Below, in pieces: positions 9,047 to 17,729 of a stretch of 64,000 nucleotides of DNA; position 1 is the first letter of the stretch; each line of letters begins with the position of its first letter. The position numbers and the translations under genes were made by a program. Under the pieces are notes generated by a model that searched no databases, was not told where the DNA came from, and worked only from the letters and a program-made list of their open reading frames with translations. This stretch comes from Candidatus Ozemobacteraceae bacterium (GTDB taxonomy: Bacteria; Muiribacteriota; Ozemobacteria; Ozemobacterales; Ozemobacteraceae), in contig OZ223236.1 of the NCBI GenBank assembly GCA_965140445.1, positions 896,001-960,000 on the forward strand, in the 5' to 3' direction.

Positions 9047-9650
9047 GTCTAGTTGTGTGGTGATGGGCATTGCCATGGTTCTTCTAGCCGCTGGATGCAG
9101 CAAAAATGATCCGGTTGCTAAGATCTTGAGCTCAAAGGGTGAGGTTAAAACAAAAGGCCGGGTTGCAAAGGTGTTCGAAGTTGCACTTAAAGACGCAAAG
9201 CTTTTTGCGGGTGATGCGATTCGAACTGAAGATGATTCAGAAGCTACTCTTGAAGTGCTAAATGACAAAAGCCAAATTGTTCTTAGCAGTAACACATTTC
9301 TTGAAATGCGAAAGCTATCTGAGAAAGAAATCAGACAAAACTCTGGAATTGCTATTTATAAAATATCGCCACAAAATAAAAAACTGAAAATTCAAACAGC
9401 CCAAGGTGTTGCAACCGTTTTGGGAACAGTTTTTAGGGTTGATGTGACTGAAAAAAATACCACGGTTACCGTTGAAGAGGGTAAAGTTGGATTTAGCAAA
9501 GGTTCTGGAGCAAAAGAAATTGTTATAACTCCAGGTAATAGATTTTCAACCAGCTTTGCAAAAGAAGAAATTCAGCCTGTGGATCCAGCAGAATTAGAAA
9601 GCCTGTTTAATACGGGTGGAGGTTTGAAACCAATAATTAACCCAAGATAA
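9030..9650 (+). CDS. FecR-domain lipoprotein
   Basis: Lipobox LAAGC; GDAIRT...ATVLGTVFRV...VTVEEGKV FecR signature. Confidence 0.85.
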   Translation: MRRLFKSSCVVMGIAMVLLAAGCSKNDPVAKILSSKGEVKTKGRVAKVFEVALKDAKLFAGDAIRTEDDSEATLEVLNDKSQIVLSSNTFLEMRKLSEKEIRQNSGIAIYKISPQNKKLKIQTAQGVATVLGTVFRVDVTEKNTTVTVEEGKVGFSKGSGAKEIVITPGNRFSTSFAKEEIQPVDPAELESLFNTGGGLKPIINPR

Positions 9651-9692
9651 AAGCCAAAGTTTATCCCATAGAACTTTGGATTGTATCCTTGA

Positions 9693-9728
9693 GCCGGCCA
9701 GAATTCGTTTTGGCTGGCATTTTTTTTG
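9693..9728 (+). terminator. Rho-independent terminator
   Basis: GCCGGCCAGAA-TTCG-TTTTGGCTGGC stem-loop followed by a T tract. Confidence 0.7.
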
Positions 9729-9773
9729 GGGCTCTGTTCATTTTACGTTTTAAGTTGGGCTCAAAATAAAATT

Positions 9774-9800
9774 AAACTTTTTGAGTTCAGGAAAGTATTA
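9774..9800 (+). promoter_or_regulatory. ECF-type promoter motif AAAC-N17-GTATTA
   Basis: AAAC 9774-9777, GTATTA 9795-9800. Confidence 0.65.
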
Positions 9801-9813
9801 GTAAATAAAGACA

Positions 9814-11082
9814 ATGACGGGGGTTAGTATGCAAAAATCGTGGTTCTACATCTTTCTTATTTTTATGATGATTTCGGCACATGGAGTTGTAGCCACGCCG
9901 TTTGACGAAACCAAAAGTATTAAAATTAGCGGCCTTGGAGCCGTTGGCTCTCCTTCAACAATTGCCGGAACAGTTAAAACCAACGGCTATAGTCTAAATG
10001 TTCGCACCGGTCCTTGGGGGAGCATCGTTGGCTCTCTTTCTGATAATGCAAAGGTTCAAATTATTGGCTCAGCTGGAGACTGGTATAAAATTTCATATAA
10101 AAATAAGACCAGATATATTCATAAAAACTATGTTTCTGTGTCCAGGGTAGCAACTAAGACTATTCCAGCCAAGTTTGTGACAGGGAAAGTACATACTCCT
10201 GGAGCAGCTTTGAATATTCGCACTGGTCCTTGGGGCAGTATTGTTGGAACATTGTCTCACAAGTCTTCGGTGAAAATAATCGGTAGCTCTGGCGATTGGT
10301 ATAAAATCTCATTTGGTGGAAAAACCAGATATGTTCACAAAAACTATGTTTCAACTTCCGGCAAAACTGCATCTCAGGTGGCTCCTGCCAAAGCTTCAAC
10401 CGGGTATGTAAAAACTGGAGGAGCAAAGCTAAATGTTCGTAGCGGTCCATGGGGCAGTGTTGTCGGAAAACTTTCCGATGGGGCAAAAGTTACTATTCTC
10501 GGAAAAAGTGGCGACTGGTATAAGATTTCTCACGGTGGAAAAACAAGATATGTGCATAAAAACTATATCTCCAGTAGCAAGAGTTCTTCAAGCTCAAAAA
10601 AATCTGGTTCATCGCAAAATATATACAAAGCTTCTGTTGTTGGAAAATCTTCTGGTGACGGCACAGCGGCCGGCGCTATTACATGGGCCAGAGATCAAAT
10701 TAATGGGACTAAAAAAGGCTATAATCCTAACAATGGGCTGACTTCAGCAAATTCAAAATCTTGGAGCGGTTGGTGCCTTGCCTTTGTTAATAGTGCATAT
10801 GGTCGAAAGAAGTCTTTGCTTAGTGCTTACAGTGCGATAAAAAGCTATCAAAAGTGTAAGGCCGCAGGGAAAATACATACTGACAAAAAACCACCAGCTG
10901 GTGCTGTAATGTTTACAGGTACTACATCAACCAATCCTTATGGACATATTTTTATCGCAACCGGTAAGATGAATAGGCCAAATGACCCAATCATAATCAC
11001 CACAAGCAGCAATGGCATTAAAGAAATGCCTATGAGTCAGATGTGGAAAGGTCCAGCATATCTTGGCTGGGCTATTCCTTGA
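9814..11082 (+). CDS. Secreted 3xSH3b + CHAP-like peptidoglycan hydrolase (ATG at 9829 is the likely start)
   Basis: Signal peptide; three LN(V/I)R(T/S)GPWG...GDWYKI...RY(I/V)HKNY repeats; C-terminal WCLAFV...PPAGAVMF...PYGHI...YLGW. Confidence 0.85.
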   Translation: MTGVSMQKSWFYIFLIFMMISAHGVVATPFDETKSIKISGLGAVGSPSTIAGTVKTNGYSLNVRTGPWGSIVGSLSDNAKVQIIGSAGDWYKISYKNKTRYIHKNYVSVSRVATKTIPAKFVTGKVHTPGAALNIRTGPWGSIVGTLSHKSSVKIIGSSGDWYKISFGGKTRYVHKNYVSTSGKTASQVAPAKASTGYVKTGGAKLNVRSGPWGSVVGKLSDGAKVTILGKSGDWYKISHGGKTRYVHKNYISSSKSSSSSKKSGSSQNIYKASVVGKSSGDGTAAGAITWARDQINGTKKGYNPNNGLTSANSKSWSGWCLAFVNSAYGRKKSLLSAYSAIKSYQKCKAAGKIHTDKKPPAGAVMFTGTTSTNPYGHIFIATGKMNRPNDPIIITTSSNGIKEMPMSQMWKGPAYLGWAIP

Positions 11083-11095
11083 CGGAGGATTTTAA

Positions 11096-12058
11096 ATGAA
11101 AAAAACAATGATTTTAGTTGCAATTTCAATACTGATGTTTGCTTTTCCAAGTTTTTCCATAGAAATAAGTTTAGGCCTTAAAGAAACAGACTTAAAACTA
11201 CTTACGGCTGCTGACGTCCCAGAAAATTTCGGTAGAGGCCTTCCAATGGGGCCATCATCTGCTCGGTTCATCGGGCAGGATTTTTGGGTTGTAGACTCAC
11301 TAAAAGGTGAATTCATAAAATTTGATGACCAGGGTAAACCACTGGTAAAAATTCCGGTAAAGAATGGTGAAAAGTATTTGTTTGCAGATTTTGCTATTCA
11401 AACAGATGCAAAAAGTGGATCTAATGAATGTATTTGGGCAATTGGTTCAGAAAAAACGAATATAGTTAAAATTTTGCCAGACGGAAAAGTTATTTCAGAA
11501 TTTACAACAGGTCTTTCAATGCCTTGCCAACTCGAGTTGATGGTTAGAGATCAGGTTCTTGTTTTCGATGAAGGAAGTAACGAAATTGTTGCCTTCAGTG
11601 TAGCTGGAAAGAGACTCTGGAGGCAAAAAACTGTTGGTGGAAAATTTCTGCGAAAGAGTAATCGTCGGATAATATTTATTGGGGAAGAAAAAGGAAAATT
11701 GACGCTTCTTGAACGCGATGTAGTAACTGGTAAAATTGGTTTATTTTGTTCTTTTCCGTTAAGCATTCAGTCATATCCTGAGCTCTTATTAGCAGGCAAT
11801 TCAGAAGAAGTTTTTGTTTCCTTTAAATCGTTCGATGAAAAAACCGGTGATGCAACTAGTCATATTGGGAAATTGATCAAAGGAAAAAGCGAAATTGAAT
11901 CTATTTCAACGGGGTTTCCAGCAAAATTTATCAATAGAATGCTCATTCAGAAAAATGGACAAATTTTTATTGTAACTTTTAACGAGGAAAATAAAACAAA
12001 ACAGTTAAAGATAGTCCCGTTTGAAACAAGCTTTTCTTCTCGAATATCTGAAGGGTAA
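11096..12058 (+). CDS. Secreted NHL/6-bladed beta-propeller-like protein, paralog of 15617..16579
   Basis: Signal peptide; LPMGPSSAR..FWVVDS, LFADFA, VFDEG motifs shared with 15617; RBS GGAGG. Confidence 0.65.
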   Translation: MKKTMILVAISILMFAFPSFSIEISLGLKETDLKLLTAADVPENFGRGLPMGPSSARFIGQDFWVVDSLKGEFIKFDDQGKPLVKIPVKNGEKYLFADFAIQTDAKSGSNECIWAIGSEKTNIVKILPDGKVISEFTTGLSMPCQLELMVRDQVLVFDEGSNEIVAFSVAGKRLWRQKTVGGKFLRKSNRRIIFIGEEKGKLTLLERDVVTGKIGLFCSFPLSIQSYPELLLAGNSEEVFVSFKSFDEKTGDATSHIGKLIKGKSEIESISTGFPAKFINRMLIQKNGQIFIVTFNEENKTKQLKIVPFETSFSSRISEG

Positions 12059-12081
12059 AATTAACAATTATTTGAATAATT

Positions 12082-12132
12082 AAAATCTCTCAAATATCTG
12101 GCCATAAGCGTTAGAATTTGAGAGATTTTTTT
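12082..12132. terminator. Probable bidirectional terminator between convergent operons
   Basis: AAAATCTCTCAAAT 12082-12095 / ATTTGAGAGATTTT 12116-12129, then further Ts. Confidence 0.6.
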
Positions 12133-12212
12133 TGGACTTATCTTTCTGTTTTTATCCAAACAAAATGGTTTGCAAGAGTTTGCCTCTTGCCCAAATTTTT
12201 AGAGTTTCCAGT

Positions 12213-12758
12213 CTAAATTTCTGAAACAAGATTTCGACTTAAAACAAGGCGATTTAGGGAAAACTCTTCATCGTTTTTGCTGTTTGTGGAGACTTTTAAC
12301 TCCACCCACATGCCTTCTTTTCTGGTTTTTTCTTTGGTTAAAAGGAATTCAAGGTGCCTAAAGCGAATCTTCAGATTTAGATCTCGTCCAAAAATGTGGT
12401 TTTTCTTTCCTGAAGATGGCGAATCTTCTTTTCTTTCAAGGCCATTTGGAAGGAGATTGTAAATTATAGTGCTGGTTGTTCCATCTTCATTCTGTAATTC
12501 CCATCTGGCAGCTGTTTCAGTTGTTTCAATTGTCGGGTCCATAATTTTTGTGGCTCTAAGAATGTCATTCTCAATTTGTGCCATGATAACTGCAGCGCTA
12601 TTCATATTTGTTAAATGAGCCATTCCCTTGTTAGAACCTTTTAAACCGCCTGCAAAAAGGTTCATCACAATAGTAAGAATAATGCTTAATAAAAGAGCTC
12701 CAATACAGACCTCTATCAATGTAACTCCACATTTACATGTTTTAGGCTGATTATGCAT
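12213..12758 (-). CDS. Type IV pilin-like minor pilin
   Basis: KCG|VTLIE followed by a hydrophobic helix. Confidence 0.8.
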   Translation of the reverse strand: MHNQPKTCKCGVTLIEVCIGALLLSIILTIVMNLFAGGLKGSNKGMAHLTNMNSAAVIMAQIENDILRATKIMDPTIETTETAARWELQNEDGTTSTIIYNLLPNGLERKEDSPSSGKKNHIFGRDLNLKIRFRHLEFLLTKEKTRKEGMWVELKVSTNSKNDEEFSLNRLVLSRNLVSEI

Positions 12759-13200
12759 CTTTGCTCCTGGAAATCAGACCAACCATTTCGCAAGTTCGTT
12801 CTTCCTTTTGATTTTCTTCCCACTTTATTGTCGCTTTAATAAGCTTGTAAGAGTATTTCCAATTTGAAGGGGAGATTTCTTCAACGGAGTAAGTCCTTTT
12901 AAATCTTGGCTCCATTGTCATTTTTAAATCTTCTCCGGCTGAACTAATGGTTAACTGATTTGCCTCTTTGTTATTGCAAGTTTTAAGGAAGCTATCTTCA
13001 TAGGTTAAAGTTGATGCGTAAGCAAGTAGATTTGCGGCGTAATGTTGAGCCAAAATATCATTTTTATTTTTAACAGATCCTGAATTACTCATTGTAAGCA
13101 TTGAAAAAAGTGGAACCATGATTAAGCCTATTATCAAAATTGCGAGAGCAATTTCTACAAATGAAAATCCAGATAGATTTGCTTTTCTAAAATTTCTCAT
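12751..13200 (-). CDS. Type IV pilin-like minor pilin (PilV/GspI-like)
   Basis: SG|FSFVE followed by a hydrophobic helix; C-terminal K.I.ATIKW strand. Confidence 0.8.
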   Translation of the reverse strand: MRNFRKANLSGFSFVEIALAILIIGLIMVPLFSMLTMSNSGSVKNKNDILAQHYAANLLAYASTLTYEDSFLKTCNNKEANQLTISSAGEDLKMTMEPRFKRTYSVEEISPSNWKYSYKLIKATIKWEENQKEERTCEMVGLISRSKDA

Positions 13201-15245
13201 TATTCTAGTAACCTTGGATTGGTGTTGATTCCAAACATTAACAGATTTTTTTCTGAGGTCTCTTCTGAGCTTGCGTTTGGATGAGCGGCAAGTTGTGTGA
13301 AATAGTCTATTTGTGGTCCCCGTGCGGCGTAGAATTTGAGTGAGTTTTTTGCCATTCGGCGCATTAGAATATTTCCCTTGATGGATAGTGTGGGAGAGTT
13401 TAGGTTTCCAGGAAACTTAACTTGTCCTGAGTTTTGTCCATCTGCAACAAGAGAAACATTCAAACTTCCTCCAAGACTGGAATTAACTATTATATCCCCA
13501 TCTAAAGTAACTAGAGTCAGCAAGCACTTGTCGGATGACGATTTTATCTGAGCTTTTATCTCAATGTTTCCTTTCTCCAAAACTATTCCGCCGTGGCTTT
13601 TCAGGTTTATTGGCTTATCAATGACAATCTTTTCCGGGCTTTTTACATATAGCCATCCATTGATGTCTAAATTACTTTTATTTAAATATCCCGATTGTTT
13701 CAGGCGATCTGTTAGTTTTTCGTTTTTGGCTAGCGTAATTGTTTTTAAGGTTCTTTTACCTGGAACCCCCATTCTTTCCAAAACTTTACTCATGCTATCC
13801 AGGCTGGTAATATCTGTAAAAACCTGTGAGTAAGGGGCTGGGATTTTATCTGAAATGCCTTTGCTTACAGCTTCGCCCGTTATAAAGTCGTATAAGGGAT
13901 CGGTTTTTGCTACCAGACCTGATTGTATCGGCTTGGGATTCTTGTGGTTGCTTAGGATATAGGCTATCGCTCTATTATATGGCACTTCTAATAGACAGCT
14001 GGCATACTTTTGGTTATAAGTGCTTAGTGGGATGTTTCCAACCACACTTTTGAAATAACCAATGTCAAAATCTTCGCTTCCGCCTGAACATATATCAGTA
14101 AAGCGGTCCTGGCTGCTAACATAGGGGAGGGGACCAAAAAAATCATTTCCTTCTTTAAAAGCTTTTGCACAAAGTGTTTTTGAATATATATTGCCAAAAA
14201 CCAGAGTAGGAGAACGGCACAGGTCTGTTCCGAAAAGACGGAAGATCGAATTTTTACGCGAGTCACTATCAAAGCCGTCTTTAATCATTTCCCACCAGTA
14301 TTTTGCAGAATCATCGCTGGTGTCGTCGCAGAGCCCAGTTTCCCAATTTAAAATAGCCATGTTGTTGATAAATCCGGCGGTGTAAAGCCCGTCTCCACGT
14401 CCTTCCGCCATGAGATGAAAGCCTTCGCCATATTTCCCGGCAATATTCCATCCTCGGCAGTTACCTAGGACAAGTCGCCCTCCGCCCAGGTAAATTAGAC
14501 CCACAGAAGATTCCAATAGTTCAGAAAAACGTCTGGGGATTTTTCCGGAATCAAGATTGCCATTGTTTAAGACCCACGGGCGATATAAGGAGCCTTTTAA
14601 ATTTCCATACATATCCGTTGTTACCTGGTTAAAACGATCTTGAGACTCACCGGCTACCGCATCTTGAACATATAGGCAAAACCTGGATAATACAGGGATA
14701 AGATTCGCTGAGACATTCAAATTCAGGTAATAGAGATATTCTTCAGTGACTTTTTCTCCGGTTCCAGGCATTTTGTATGAGACAGTCACTGGAAGTAAGA
14801 GTTTGCCTGATTTTTCACGAGGATATGCTTTTAGAAAAGTTTCAAACTTATCTTTTTTTAGTAGCCAGCTAACTTTAAAATCTGTGTCTATAAGGCTTGA
14901 GTTGGCTTTAATTAGCTTTTGAATCAGTAATTGAATAGCGGGCTCAAATTTGATTTGTTCAGTTTTTTCTGCTGACATTTCAGAAATTGGTAAAGCAAGT
15001 TGCGTGCAAAGTAACCCTGATGGCTTTTTTAGCTCGGTTTCCCGAATTTGATGAGCCGCCAGGGTTGCTATTGCTGAAGAGAATTCTCTTGCAAGAAAAC
15101 TGCTATTCAATTTTCCTGTGCTATGTCGGCGGGATGTTGAGTATTTCAAAAAGCCGCCGAACAATATAAACAGAGCAACAACCATTGCTCCGACAAGAAA
15201 AATTGCGCTACCACTCCTGCTTCTAGTCAGGGAAGCTGGTTTCAT
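13200..15245 (-). CDS. Large PilX/GspK-like tip pilin (no Glu5) with a large C-terminal domain
   Basis: RSRSG|SAIFLVGAMVVALFILF; translationally coupled to two pilins; C-terminal GGIVLEKGNIEI..LVTLDGDI beta-rich repeats. Confidence 0.65.
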   Translation of the reverse strand: MKPASLTRSRSGSAIFLVGAMVVALFILFGGFLKYSTSRRHSTGKLNSSFLAREFSSAIATLAAHQIRETELKKPSGLLCTQLALPISEMSAEKTEQIKFEPAIQLLIQKLIKANSSLIDTDFKVSWLLKKDKFETFLKAYPREKSGKLLLPVTVSYKMPGTGEKVTEEYLYYLNLNVSANLIPVLSRFCLYVQDAVAGESQDRFNQVTTDMYGNLKGSLYRPWVLNNGNLDSGKIPRRFSELLESSVGLIYLGGGRLVLGNCRGWNIAGKYGEGFHLMAEGRGDGLYTAGFINNMAILNWETGLCDDTSDDSAKYWWEMIKDGFDSDSRKNSIFRLFGTDLCRSPTLVFGNIYSKTLCAKAFKEGNDFFGPLPYVSSQDRFTDICSGGSEDFDIGYFKSVVGNIPLSTYNQKYASCLLEVPYNRAIAYILSNHKNPKPIQSGLVAKTDPLYDFITGEAVSKGISDKIPAPYSQVFTDITSLDSMSKVLERMGVPGKRTLKTITLAKNEKLTDRLKQSGYLNKSNLDINGWLYVKSPEKIVIDKPINLKSHGGIVLEKGNIEIKAQIKSSSDKCLLTLVTLDGDIIVNSSLGGSLNVSLVADGQNSGQVKFPGNLNSPTLSIKGNILMRRMAKNSLKFYAARGPQIDYFTQLAAHPNASSEETSEKNLLMFGINTNPRLLE

Positions 15246-15254
15246 TACATATTA

Positions 15255-15605
15255 TTACCTGGTGTTAGGATCAACAACTGAAAGAGTTGGTAAAAAGCGT
15301 TTTGTTGCATTTTTTTCTGCTTCAGGGTCGTCATATTCGTTGAACTCAGTTATTTTTACGTATGAGCTATGAACAAAAACTCCTGTGCGACCATCAACGT
15401 TAACTTTATACCAGCTTCCGCTTACATCAGTGATTTCAACTATGGTTCCTGCCGGAACCGTTTGAAGTATTTGATAGGAAAGGCCAGGCCCCGTTCTAAC
15501 GTTCAGGGCGCTGGCTGTTGTTTCACCTTTTGAAGGGATTTTGTATGCCCATGCTGCGGTTGCTAAAAGCATTATTGTCAAAATCAGGAAAAGACTTTTT
15601 TTCAT
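15255..15605 (-). CDS. Small secreted single-SH3b protein
   Basis: Signal peptide; canonical ALNVRTGPGLSYQIL...GSWYKV...VHSSYV. Confidence 0.85.
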   Translation of the reverse strand: MKKSLFLILTIMLLATAAWAYKIPSKGETTASALNVRTGPGLSYQILQTVPAGTIVEITDVSGSWYKVNVDGRTGVFVHSSYVKITEFNEYDDPEAEKNATKRFLPTLSVVDPNTR

Positions 15606-15616
15606 TCCAGATTCCT

Positions 15617-16579
15617 TTATGGAAGTTTCATTTTTTCGATTTTGAACTCACCGGCTGGGGCTTTTCCAAAATCTCCTACGCCAATGTATATTTCAGAACC
15701 TGTTTGTGCAATGTATCTATTCATGGCATACGGGAGTGAGAGGTCTTTTTCACTTTTTAATTTGCCGTCAAATCCAACTCTGGCAATTTTCATTACCTGA
15801 TTGCCTTTTTTTTCTTTGGCAAAAGTCATTACAAACTCTTGTTTGCCTTCATCGACCCACCAGAGTTCAGCATTGAAGTGATTTTCAAGTTCCAATTCTT
15901 TTTCAAAGACAACCTTGTTTTTGCTGTCAACAGCAACCAGATAGGAAGAATTGCTTTCTGAAGCATAGCATAGACGGTACAATAATTCTCCATACTCTAA
16001 AGAATTAGAAACTCCCATTCCGGACCATTCCCAGTTGATTACGTGGAGAAGGTTTTTATTTTGATCAAAAACCAGGATAGCTTTTGCTCCCTTGTCAGCA
16101 ACAAAAATAGAGCCATTTGGGCTTGTTTCTATTCTGAAAGGTTGAATAAAATCATCACACGATAGGCGGTCGCAAATTTTTCCTTTGAGATCAACTTTGA
16201 TGAGGGAGTTTGTCAAAGCTTCTATAATCCAGAAAGCTGAAAGATTTCCCTGAGCATCAACAGCTGGTGCGAAGTCGTCAAATAACATTTCTGATGGGGT
16301 GGCTGTTAGAACCAATTCAGCTAACTTGGAAGCATCTTTGTTGGTTTTGATGATCTTTCCCCCGACGCTATCCAAAATATAAAAATATCCATCAATAACT
16401 CTAAATGAAAGGGGGCCTAGTGGTAGCGGCTCTTGAAGTTCAGGATGGTTATTGTGGTTAATAAACGCAACCTGTCCTTTTTCATTTCCAAATTTAAATG
16501 CAGCATCGGCAAGTGCCATAGAAGTTAGTGAAACCATTATTATTACTATAATAGAAAACCTGATGTTTGATTTAATCAT
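15617..16579 (-). CDS. Secreted NHL/beta-propeller-like protein, paralog of 11096..12058
   Basis: Signal peptide; LPLGPLSFR..FYILDS, LFDDFA, IFVADKG; 320 aa. Confidence 0.7.
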   Translation of the reverse strand: MIKSNIRFSIIVIIMVSLTSMALADAAFKFGNEKGQVAFINHNNHPELQEPLPLGPLSFRVIDGYFYILDSVGGKIIKTNKDASKLAELVLTATPSEMLFDDFAPAVDAQGNLSAFWIIEALTNSLIKVDLKGKICDRLSCDDFIQPFRIETSPNGSIFVADKGAKAILVFDQNKNLLHVINWEWSGMGVSNSLEYGELLYRLCYASESNSSYLVAVDSKNKVVFEKELELENHFNAELWWVDEGKQEFVMTFAKEKKGNQVMKIARVGFDGKLKSEKDLSLPYAMNRYIAQTGSEIYIGVGDFGKAPAGEFKIEKMKLP

Positions 16580-16591
16580 TGTTTTTAAGCC

Positions 16592-17437
16592 TCAAGCTTT
16601 TCTTAGTACTTTACATACTGGCATATAGGTTGCAGAATGCAAACTTGGTCTGCGCCTGGTGGAAGAGTTACTCATTGCTTGAGCGGTGTTTCCACTGGTC
16701 ATGATAATTCCAATATGGGTGTCAGCATCGTTTCTCCCATCACGATTTCGGTCGTAAGTTGACCAGGTTATAACGTCACCAGCCTGATATGGTGGAACTT
16801 TAACCTGTTTCCACCCAAGACTTTTCAATTTAGGTATGGTTGCTAAAACACCCAGCTGAATTCCGGTGTTTACGCCAGCAGCTTTAAGGGCAGTGGTTAC
16901 AACCTGGGCACAGCCAAGAGCGCCTCCTCGGGTTGCTGCTGCATAAGGAAATGAGCCGCTTGTCTTGTATTTGTTTACCAGGTTTTGAGCAGCTGCTACT
17001 ACTTTCTGCTGTACACTGCCTTTGGCTGGAACTGTTACGAGTGGAGAGCCGGAACTGCTTGCATTGCCTTTGCTTGAAGAAACATATCTTGAATGAACAT
17101 AGGCTGTTTTGCCATTGTGTGAAATCTTATACCAGACGCCTTCTTTGCCAATTATCTTAACCTTGTTGTTATTGTAAAGGCTGCCGATTATTGTTCCCCA
17201 AGGTCCTGTTCTCACATTTAGGGAAGTGCTGACTCTAACAAATCCACTTTCTGGAATACTTGCATTAGAGCTCGAACCCTCGTATTTTTTTGCTTGTGAT
17301 TGGCTCGATCCTGCAGTATTAGAAGAACCTGAGTCCGAATCGTGCTCACTTAGCGTGCGATTAAAATCCATCGCCAGTAGTGACCCTGAAAATAAAATAA
17401 GAAAAAAACAAGACAAAACTTTATTATATCTACGCAT
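16592..17437 (-). CDS. Secreted SH3b + NlpC/P60-superfamily Cys/His amidase-like protein, paralog of 584..1807
   Basis: One LNVRTGPWG SH3b; C-terminal GSVQQKVVAAAQNLV..KYKTSGSFPYAAAT.GG.LGCAQVV...AGDVITW...THIG, nearly identical to 584. Confidence 0.85.
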   Translation of the reverse strand: MRRYNKVLSCFFLILFSGSLLAMDFNRTLSEHDSDSGSSNTAGSSQSQAKKYEGSSSNASIPESGFVRVSTSLNVRTGPWGTIIGSLYNNNKVKIIGKEGVWYKISHNGKTAYVHSRYVSSSKGNASSSGSPLVTVPAKGSVQQKVVAAAQNLVNKYKTSGSFPYAAATRGGALGCAQVVTTALKAAGVNTGIQLGVLATIPKLKSLGWKQVKVPPYQAGDVITWSTYDRNRDGRNDADTHIGIIMTSGNTAQAMSNSSTRRRPSLHSATYMPVCKVLRKA

Positions 17438-17478
17438 CTAACCCCTCCTGAAAACTTTTTTTTAGTTTCGATATTTTA

Positions 17479-17505
17479 TAATACGCTATCAAAAGAAAGA
17501 AGTTT
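17479..17505 (-). promoter_or_regulatory. ECF-type promoter motif (AAAC-N16-CGTATTA) for the 17437 operon
   Basis: Plus strand TAATAC(G) 17479-17485 ... GTTT 17502-17505. Confidence 0.65.
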
Positions 17506-17729
17506 TTGATTAATTGTTTCTTTTTTTGGATGACTTAGACAAGTTTTTTTAAGAATTGAACGAAAAGGGCTCCTAAATAAAAGAATAAGACTGTAAAGCG
17601 AGCTAAAAAGTTTTGTGTGCAAAAGGCCAGTTAATTTGGAATCCAGTTTACAAGAAATAGTTAGAAAAAAAGCAAAAGATGCCGGGATAAAAAGAGAATT
17701 TGGAGAGATGTGGTCAGGCTTATTTTGTA

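Noticed and set aside
584..17437. Prophage lysis cassette
   Set aside because: The enzymes have Sec signal peptides, and there are no holin, structural, terminase or integrase genes
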